From the NCBI GenBank assembly GCA_002686465.1, contig NZCP01000057.1, forward strand, positions 1 to 49,243: DNA of 49,243 nucleotides, given 5' to 3'. Source of the stretch: Candidatus Woesebacteria bacterium (GTDB lineage Bacteria; Patescibacteriota; Microgenomatia; UBA8517; UBA10165). The position numbers were made by a program, and so were the translations under genes. The notes under the pieces are model-generated. The model saw nothing but the letters and a program-made list of their open reading frames with translations. It had not been told where the DNA came from and did no database searches. Positions 32,846-39,268 of the stretch are shown here, one piece after another. Position 1 is the stretch's first letter. Every line of letters starts with the position of its first letter.

Positions 32846-32932
32846 CGGTGAGGGTGGGATTCGAACCCACGGTAACTTTGCAGCCACACTCGCTTTCCAA
32901 GCGAGCCCGTTCGACCACTCCGGCACCTCACC
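32846..32932 (-). tRNA. tRNA-Ser (anticodon GGA)
   Basis: Hand-folded: acceptor GGTGAGG/CCTCACC, anticodon loop TTGGAAA, long variable arm. CCA is encoded at 32845-32843, and its A is the A of the downstream ATG. Confidence 0.85.
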
Positions 32933-33039
32933 CTATTTGCGGACCGTACAAATTTGTGAACAAATTTTACGCCTCAGCAACGTAAAAATCTTTTGATTTT
33001 GAGCTTGCGAAAATCAAGCTCTGCTTATTTTGTACGTTG

Positions 33040-33112
33040 CGTCCCCGGGAGGAATCGAACCTCCAACCTCCTGGTCCGCAACCAAACGCTCTATCCGTTG
33101 AGCTACGGGGAC
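33040..33112 (-). tRNA. tRNA-Arg (anticodon GCG)
   Basis: Hand-folded: acceptor GTCCCCG/CGGGGAC, anticodon loop TTGCGGA, T-arm GGAGG-TTCGATT-CCTCC. Confidence 0.85.
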
Positions 33113-33172
33113 CAATCCAGGCATATTTTACCAAATTCTGCCTCAAAAGTCTTGTGGGAAAAGAAAAGAAGA

Positions 33173-33712
33173 TTATTCTTCAAACGGAACCTTTTTAGAA
33201 ACCCAAGCCGCCGCCCTATCTAAAAAGCTAGGAGCTGCTTCTTCAAAGGGTATATATTCCTCTAGAGCATCCTGAATTTTTGCCTTGTCATGTCCCCAAA
33301 CAACCACCTCAAGCCTGCCTGGTAAAACCGTGCTCTCAATAACTAAAAGATCGTGCCCAAAGCGCCTGGTAAACCAAAACCGGCGAAGATTGTCCCAATG
33401 GTACTTCTTCCCAGAAAAAGAAACTCCTTTATTTGTTACATTGTGCTCAACTTCTTCAGGTGGAACAGTTGAAAGTACATAAACAAGAAAAACCAACGAC
33501 ATAACTACAGCCACAGCCAAAATGCCCTCTAAAAAGAAGAATATCAATCCTATTAGAAACGCTAGTGCTGCTACTGTGGTGAAGAAATTCTTGTCACGAC
33601 GTTTAAAAGGTCTTGCTGGAACCTTCCAGGAAAACAATACCTCCTCTTTTTGAGGTCGTGGGGGATCATTTGCAATTGGCTGACCAACTTGAGCCGGTGT
33701 TTGTTCTTCCAT
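33173..33712 (-). CDS. Hypothetical two-TM membrane protein with a C-terminal PH-like domain
   Basis: 179 aa. The architecture resembles that of the 38442-39152 product. Confidence 0.5.
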   Translation of the reverse strand: MEEQTPAQVGQPIANDPPRPQKEEVLFSWKVPARPFKRRDKNFFTTVAALAFLIGLIFFFLEGILAVAVVMSLVFLVYVLSTVPPEEVEHNVTNKGVSFSGKKYHWDNLRRFWFTRRFGHDLLVIESTVLPGRLEVVVWGHDKAKIQDALEEYIPFEEAAPSFLDRAAAWVSKKVPFEE

Positions 33713-33723
33713 GGCAGCTCCGC

Positions 33724-33752
33724 TTCAATTGTATCACACTTTTTGGTATACT
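33724..33752 (+). promoter_or_regulatory. Promoter TTCAAT-17 nt-(TG)G TATACT upstream of the tRNA-Ser(GCT) leader
   Basis: The extended -10 TGGTATACT is at 33744-33752. Confidence 0.35.
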
Positions 33753-33876
33753 TTAGCCAGGGAGGAGTCGCATAACAACCTGCGCTTTGCGCAGAACGTT
33801 GGGCACTCATAACAACCTGCTTCGCCAAGTCAGACTTGGCTTCGCAGAACGTTGGGTGCCCCCTCTTTGTAGACTT

Positions 33877-33961
33877 GGAGGAGTCGCCTAGTGGCCGATG
33901 GCAGGGGCTTGCTAAGCCTCGCCCTTTACAGGGCACGTGGGTTCGAATCCCACCTCCTCCG
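33877..33961 (+). tRNA. tRNA-Ser (anticodon GCT)
   Basis: Hand-folded: acceptor GGAGGAG/CTCCTCC, anticodon loop TTGCTAA, long variable arm, T-arm GTGGG-TTCGAAT-CCCAC. Confidence 0.85.
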
Positions 33962-34002
33962 CCTTGCTTCGCCAAAGCGAAGCGTCGGCGAGATGAATCC
34001 GC
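33962..34002 (+). repeat. 41-nt hairpin element immediately 3' of tRNA-Ser(GCT), copy B
   Basis: The sequence is ccttgcttcgccaaagcgaagcgtcggcgagatgaatccgc. It contains the CTTCGC-CAAA-GCGAAG stem-loop inside a CGCC/GGCG outer stem. Confidence 0.8.
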
Positions 34003-34008
34003 TTTTCC

Positions 34009-34248
34009 ATGTGGTATGTTTACATCCTGAAGTGTGGAGACAAGAAAACTTATATAGGATGTACAAACGACTTAAAAAATAGGCTTTTAAGGCATCAAAG
34101 AGGACACATCGCCGCAACAAAGAAGAGATTGCCAGTTAACTTAATAGCTTATTTTGGAGTTAAAAGCAAAGGTAAAGCTTTTGCGTTTGAACAGTACTTA
34201 AAAACAGGGACTGGAAGGATATTTTTACAGAAGAGGTTGTTCTCATAA
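34009..34248 (+). CDS. GIY-YIG nuclease-family protein (short UPF0213 type)
   Basis: 79 aa, with WYVYILKC...YIGCTNDLKNRLLRH. Confidence 0.75.
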   Translation: MWYVYILKCGDKKTYIGCTNDLKNRLLRHQRGHIAATKKRLPVNLIAYFGVKSKGKAFAFEQYLKTGTGRIFLQKRLFS

Positions 34249-34251
34249 CAT

Positions 34252-34335
34252 GGAGGGTTGGCCGAGTGGTTTATGGCGCGGGTCTTGAAAACCCGTGGGC
34301 GCAAGCCCTCACAGGTTCGAATCCTGTACCCTCCG
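34252..34335 (+). tRNA. tRNA-Ser (anticodon TGA)
   Basis: Hand-folded: the acceptor and T-arm are identical to tRNA-Ser(CGA), and the anticodon loop is CTTGAAA. It starts 3 nt after the GIY-YIG stop. Confidence 0.85.
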
Positions 34336-34382
34336 CACCGCTTGCAAATCCTCCAAAATAGACCTACTATTTAAGTAGGCCA

Positions 34383-34727
34383 ATGACACACCACGATCGC
34401 GGTCTACACCACTTCCACGTTAGAAAACGAATCTATCAGAAGTACGAGCCTTATCCGCACCCTAACAAATGGAAAAGATTTGTAGATAAATTTATTTATG
34501 TCGTGGCGATAGTTTCCCCCCTTATGACCACCCATCAGGTTGCGAAAATTTGGCTTGAGCAAGATCCGTCCGGGGTTTCTGTAATTACCTGGGGTGCCTC
34601 CGTGGCAACGGGAAGCTTTTGGTTAACATATGGAATATTGCACAAAGCAAGGCCGATCATTCTTGCTAGTTCTTTGGGGATTTTACTTAGCATCTCAATC
34701 GTAATTGGCATTCTTTTGTATAGGTAA
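34383..34727 (+). CDS. SemiSWEET/PQ-loop-like 3-TM transporter with a His-rich N-terminal extension
   Basis: 114 aa. The pattern VSPLMTTHQVAKIW...GVSVITW...FWLTYGIL...PIILASS matches the PQ-loop pattern, with PQ replaced by HQ. Confidence 0.5.
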   Translation: MTHHDRGLHHFHVRKRIYQKYEPYPHPNKWKRFVDKFIYVVAIVSPLMTTHQVAKIWLEQDPSGVSVITWGASVATGSFWLTYGILHKARPIILASSLGILLSISIVIGILLYR

Positions 34728-34730
34728 CAA

Positions 34731-35426
34731 CTACCTTGCCAAAGTCAGGCACCAAACGCGATTAAAGCCCGCCTTTTTAAGAACTTTTACCGCTTCTTTC
34801 ATTGTCGACCCGCTCGTCCAAACATCATCGAAAAGAAGAATTTTAGACGATTTGGGAATTAAATGGTCGGAGTCCAAAACAAAAGCATCCTTGATGTTCT
34901 TTTCCCTTTCTTTTTCTTTTAATCCAACTTGGGAACCAGTCATTTTCTTGCGGCGAAGAGGCGATGCAACTCTCCACTGCATAATTTGTGCCAAAATTTT
35001 GGCGATTTCCTCCGCATGATTAAAACCCCGCCGATTATTCCTGGTCCAATGAAGAGGTATGGGAACAATACAAAACCCACTGCTTTGCCACTCGGGCGCA
35101 CTAAGGCTTGACCGAGTCCAATTTTTAAGTGTCCCACCAACGGGGGACGCAAGACTGAGCACTACCTCCACAACATACTTATATTTCAACTTGGAGATAA
35201 GTTTTCGAGGTACCCCTTCATAAGCCCAGATAGACGTTAATCCGTCAGGAACCAACCCTTTTTTACACCTAGTATGGGTTGCTCCATCAACAGCCGGCCT
35301 TTCGCAAACCGGGCAAACCTGAGGAAAATGAAGTTTTGCTCCCGTAATACATTTCGCACAAAAATAAGTACCACTCTTGTTGCAACCTGTACATCGTTTT
35401 GGGTAAAGAAGGTCAAAAATAGACAT
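34731..35426 (-). CDS. comFC: ComF-family protein (phosphoribosyltransferase-like, competence-associated)
   Basis: 231 aa. An N-terminal double CxxC zinc finger is followed by the C-terminal PRT motif LLFDDVWTSGST. Confidence 0.8.
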   Translation of the reverse strand: MSIFDLLYPKRCTGCNKSGTYFCAKCITGAKLHFPQVCPVCERPAVDGATHTRCKKGLVPDGLTSIWAYEGVPRKLISKLKYKYVVEVVLSLASPVGGTLKNWTRSSLSAPEWQSSGFCIVPIPLHWTRNNRRGFNHAEEIAKILAQIMQWRVASPLRRKKMTGSQVGLKEKEREKNIKDAFVLDSDHLIPKSSKILLFDDVWTSGSTMKEAVKVLKKAGFNRVWCLTLAR

Positions 35427-35453
35427 TACACCCTATTGTAATATACTTGAGGC

Positions 35454-35891
35454 ATGCGAATCCTTAATCGCCGTGCTCGACACGATTACCAAATTTTAGA
35501 GAGTTTTGAAGCAGGAGTCGCTCTAACCGGTGCAGAAGTAAAGTCAATAAAGGAAGGCAGAGCCGATCTTGGTGGGTCTTTTGCACAAATACGGGACGGT
35601 GAGGCCTGGCTTTTGGGTGCAAACATCCCTCTATATAAAGGGTCTTCTGGAGCTGCAGATTACGACCCTTTGCGCATTAGAAAACTCCTTGTACACCGAA
35701 AAGAAATAGTTTCACTGGAGACTAAAATCAAGCAAAAGAAATTGACTCTCGTGCCTATCTCGTTGTATACTAAAGGCCGACTAGTCAAGGTTAAAGTGGC
35801 CTTGGGTCGCGGCAAGAAAAAGTACGAAAAAAGGGACGCAAAGAGACAAAAGGATATACAAAGAGAGATCGAACGGGAGTTAAAAAACTAA
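35454..35891 (+). CDS. smpB: SsrA-binding protein
   Basis: 145 aa, with NRRARHDY, GAEVKS and the basic tail GRGKKKYEKRD. Confidence 0.9.
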   Translation: MRILNRRARHDYQILESFEAGVALTGAEVKSIKEGRADLGGSFAQIRDGEAWLLGANIPLYKGSSGAADYDPLRIRKLLVHRKEIVSLETKIKQKKLTLVPISLYTKGRLVKVKVALGRGKKKYEKRDAKRQKDIQREIERELKN

Positions 35892-36271
35892 GGGGATGAC
35901 AGGTTTCGACGGAATTGCACTTTGACACGTTGCAGGCCGAGTTTGGCTAAAACTCGAAAAACAGAGCCAAAACTTTTAACTGGCACGGGTAAATCCGTAG
36001 CTCCAGTTTATGGTAATGGTGTCGCTCCGGCGATGCTAGTAGCTTAACTGGCATCCGTATTGTGTGTTCCTGATCGCAAAATACTGGGTGTTAACCTAGT
36101 CAGGATGCTGCTGATAACCTAATCAGTATCAGCTCAAGACTTTGATTCTTGTAAACGCTAACACTTTTGCTTGTTGAGGATGTGTTTATAAGTAAAATTT
36201 TCAACAAACTAAGCTTGTAGATACGTACATTGTGTTTTTTTCGGACGAGGGTTCAAATCCCTCCATCTCCA
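35892..36271 (+). ncRNA. ssrA: tmRNA (ssrA)
   Basis: The 5' end GGGGATGACAGGTTTCGACGG pairs with the 3' end CATCTCC. A T-arm GAGGGTTCAAATCCCTC is present. The internal tag frame ...GKSVAPVYGNGVAPAMLVA ends in TAA. The gene sits directly after smpB. Confidence 0.85.
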
Positions 36272-36329
36272 CTCACAGGGCTCATGGATCTGGAGTGATT
36301 TGCCGACAAGTAAGGAAAATCTCACACAG

Positions 36330-38207
36330 CTACTGTAGCGCAATCTCCAAAATCTTTGTTTCGGTTAGAAGAAAAATCTTACCTACAGAGGTCGAAACTA
36401 CAAAATCTCGGGCTTCTGCAACCTCTTTTGTCTTGTATTGTTTTTTGTAATCTCCTTTTTTATCCACCTCAACTATTCTTCCTGCTGCACGATCCAGGAT
36501 AAACACGCTTTCCAAAGTTTCATCTGTGTAAAGAGCTTTTGGTTCAGCAAGATCTTCATCCATCCCTGAGATTGAAAATCTCTCAGGAGCCCCTCGTGTA
36601 AATTTACTAATTTTGCCGCTCGATGCCAAGATCCAAATTGACCCATCTATCGCTAAATCGACAGTATCTGTTAAGTCGGGCGTCACACCCTTGCCGAACC
36701 ACTTTTGCTTTGCCCCAAATCCATCATCAATTGCCGGATAACGCCAAATCTCTCCACTTTGCGAGACCAAATATAGATTCCCTCCAAAAGCTCCGATTTT
36801 TATTATTGCCCCCCAATCCTCATCTTCGTCAGCAATGGTATCTACTCCCCCACGCTTATCTACTTCAATTATTCCTCTGTCTCCGAAAGAGAAATAGCGC
36901 CCGCCGTACAGAGAAATCACCGAGGGTCTCCCTAGCTTTCCAGCGCCGGCAACAACTGTTGTCTCTTTATTCTCAGCAGAAATAGAAAAAATTCTATCCC
37001 CTGCGCGGTCCAAAACCGCCAAATCCTCTTCATGAAGTACGATTTCTGATGCAGCAACTCCAGAACGTACCAAGGACAGGTCGAGAAAAACTCCTGTTTG
37101 CGCCTCAACAAGCCCAAGTAATGTTGAAGTGTTATCTTCAATCCCTTTGATTAGTTCATCAAGCTGTGGGTCTTCAACCCCTTCACTCTTAAGAATGCCG
37201 GCAAGTTCCTTTGATTGCAAAAAAAGCTCCTTTGCTCGCAGGGAATCTATATCCTTTTGCAAAAGCGCGTCCTGATAGTCGTTTCGCGCCTGTGTCAAAC
37301 GATCTTCGTACGAAGATCGGTAGTTTAAAAGGTCTTTTTGTCGGGTTCCAAAAATAATACTAACAGAAAGAAGAAGTAGTAAAACAACGCCGATAAAAAC
37401 CGTAGTCCGACGAGAAGGACCAGTGTTATGTCTTATATGAATTTGCTTCTCTGGCAGTTTTGACGCAAGAAAATGAATTCGGTTTTTTATAAAGCCGGGA
37501 AATACGCTTTTTAAACCTAAAATCTTCTCGACAACCACTTTTCCCTTGTCTAAAGGTGGCAATTCATCTGTGTGACCCTCATCTCTTTCTTGCCCTATTC
37601 TGACCAGACCGGCTGCTGCTAACACGTCATCTCTTTTATGCACTTGAGCAACCAAACTGTCGGCCACATCCTGAAACTGCGAATCTGACAAAATATCCCC
37701 CAAAGACGCAGGGGGAACAGCTTGAAAAAAACCTTCTGTTCCAAACAGGAAAATGTCGCCCACTTGCGGTGTTCCAGAAAGTGATACCACATCCTGACCA
37801 CTGCCAGACAACAACTGTATCAGCTTTCCATCGCGCTTGAGATAAACCGACCCTCGTCCTAAAATGCAAAAATACGCATAATTGCCCCAAATTACCAAGG
37901 CAGCAATTTCCACGCCAAGCAAGGGAAATTCTTGGGAGACACGAACAAGAGAGGATTTAAGGCGATCAAAAGGTGAACCTTCTGTTTTGCCAAAATACTC
38001 CTCATGGAGCCTCGTTAAAACCTCACGCCCAATTTCTACAGACCCGGTTTCCTTTTCAACTGCCTCCTCACCACCCTTGAGTGCAATCGCTGCGACAATT
38101 TCGCCGTGTTCTTGCTTTTTGTCTTCGTCTTGTGGAGAAAAACTATGGACTTGTGTCCACATCTGGCCATGGTTTGCACCGACAATTTTGGCAGTGGCAG
38201 CATGCAT
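36330..38207 (-). CDS. Large membrane protein: degenerate PP2C-like N-domain, one TM segment, and a C-terminal beta-propeller-like repeat region
   Basis: 625 aa. The N-domain follows the PP2C fold pattern (GRGSVYLKRDGKLIQL, GDIFLFGTEGF) but lacks the usual Asp ligands. The C-terminal half has about six G-x-I/V blade-like repeats. Confidence 0.45.
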   Translation of the reverse strand: MHAATAKIVGANHGQMWTQVHSFSPQDEDKKQEHGEIVAAIALKGGEEAVEKETGSVEIGREVLTRLHEEYFGKTEGSPFDRLKSSLVRVSQEFPLLGVEIAALVIWGNYAYFCILGRGSVYLKRDGKLIQLLSGSGQDVVSLSGTPQVGDIFLFGTEGFFQAVPPASLGDILSDSQFQDVADSLVAQVHKRDDVLAAAGLVRIGQERDEGHTDELPPLDKGKVVVEKILGLKSVFPGFIKNRIHFLASKLPEKQIHIRHNTGPSRRTTVFIGVVLLLLLSVSIIFGTRQKDLLNYRSSYEDRLTQARNDYQDALLQKDIDSLRAKELFLQSKELAGILKSEGVEDPQLDELIKGIEDNTSTLLGLVEAQTGVFLDLSLVRSGVAASEIVLHEEDLAVLDRAGDRIFSISAENKETTVVAGAGKLGRPSVISLYGGRYFSFGDRGIIEVDKRGGVDTIADEDEDWGAIIKIGAFGGNLYLVSQSGEIWRYPAIDDGFGAKQKWFGKGVTPDLTDTVDLAIDGSIWILASSGKISKFTRGAPERFSISGMDEDLAEPKALYTDETLESVFILDRAAGRIVEVDKKGDYKKQYKTKEVAEARDFVVSTSVGKIFLLTETKILEIALQ

Positions 38208-38211
38208 TTTC

Positions 38212-38442
38212 TTAGAGAGTTAGTAACGCCAGTAAAAATACACCTATTGCTACAAACATGTGGATCCAAGCAATCGACTTCACCGGCAACTCGACTCCCA
38301 CTTGAAGAGTGGAAGTCATAAGATGAACTTGGCGCACAACAACAGCAGCAAAAACAAGGTAGACCAAAAGACCAACCAAAAACAAAATCTTCACCAAAAA
38401 CCAAATAGTGCTTTCCGGTATAATTGTCTCAAGCCCCAACAT
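38212..38442 (-). CDS. Small two-TM membrane protein (76 aa)
   Basis: A TAATG overlap with the upstream gene supports translation. Confidence 0.4.
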   Translation of the reverse strand: MLGLETIIPESTIWFLVKILFLVGLLVYLVFAAVVVRQVHLMTSTLQVGVELPVKSIAWIHMFVAIGVFLLALLTL

Positions 38443-39152
38443 TAAGATGTCTCCTTTTGCGGAACTTTGTGCTCAGTGTGTGTTCGCAGCTCTTGCAAAA
38501 CTCCAGAAACTCTTACTGGGGACGGGACAAGGTTAAACACAATATTAGGCGAGGCACCAGCGGTTTGTATTTGCACATCCCCATAGTTGAAGACCGTACC
38601 TCCAATACCTCCAACTCTTCGGGTAACATCTTGGATTTTATCGATCCTTGCCTCAGAGATCTCTCGATGAATAATGTTGTGGAAATCCACATCTATAACT
38701 CTTTTTTCTGTAATTATATAGACACTGAAAAACCAAGAAAGCGTCTCTTCCAGAATAAAAGCGGTCGTTATCAAATACCAAAAAAGTACCGCAATAAACT
38801 GAAATCTCCCAGGCAAGAAAGAAAGTATAGGGAACCAGGTAAATAAAAGTGGTGCTAAAGCTAAACCGGTCGCGATAAGTACCCAAGTAATATTTGTAAC
38901 TAGATGTCTTCGCAAAAGAAGAACAACTCTTTCTTGTGGTTCCTGGTTTACGAAACACACATTTTCTGGCCTGTAGGCATATGTTGCTAGTGGATTATGT
39001 GTATGACCGGGGTCTTTGCGCAACTCACTCTCAGGCTCAACTTGCGCCACTGGTCTTTGTTCGTCTTTTTGCTCCAGTTCGTCTGACACAGTCTCTTTGT
39101 GTTCTTCTTTCTGCTTGTTTCTTTTATTTTGTGCAACGTATAGGTCTACCAT
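38442..39152 (-). CDS. Bacterial PH-domain (bPH_2/YdbT-like) membrane protein
   Basis: 236 aa. An acidic N-terminus and two TM segments are followed by EKRVIDVDFHNIIHREISEARIDKIQDV....GDVQIQTAG. An extended -10 (TGATAGAAT) lies upstream. Confidence 0.6.
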   Translation of the reverse strand: MVDLYVAQNKRNKQKEEHKETVSDELEQKDEQRPVAQVEPESELRKDPGHTHNPLATYAYRPENVCFVNQEPQERVVLLLRRHLVTNITWVLIATGLALAPLLFTWFPILSFLPGRFQFIAVLFWYLITTAFILEETLSWFFSVYIITEKRVIDVDFHNIIHREISEARIDKIQDVTRRVGGIGGTVFNYGDVQIQTAGASPNIVFNLVPSPVRVSGVLQELRTHTEHKVPQKETS

Positions 39153-39268
39153 TCTGCCTCAATTCTATCACCAAAGGACTAATTTTTCCTCTTTCCTTGC
39201 CCGCCATAGTCTTGCCTTGCGTCGCCAGAGGCCTTGTCGTCGGCGCGACGAAGGCGGGTGGCTTCTTT

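Noticed and set aside
32844-32918. The N-terminal extension of the 32373-32918 ORF (MVERARLESECGCKVTVGSNPTLTA), and ORFs 32094-32448, 33571-33975, 33836-34082 and 33926-34120.
   Set aside because: These frames run through tRNA genes or the tRNA-associated repeat. Peptides such as SNPTLT and FESH come from translating T-arms. The Nudix-like gene was therefore trimmed to the ATG at 32843.
32933-33039. Alternative hairpins (gagcttg-cgaaaat-caagctc and ttgatttt/aaaatcaa) between tRNA-Ser(GGA) and tRNA-Arg, considered as a terminator or processing signal.
   Set aside because: The stems are short and AT-rich, with no adjacent U-run in the transcribed (minus) orientation. This is not enough to call a feature.
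36232-36450. The 72-aa plus-strand ORF overlapping the 3' end of the tmRNA.
   Set aside because: It starts inside the tmRNA tRNA-like domain and continues antisense to the end of the 625-aa gene. There is no independent support.
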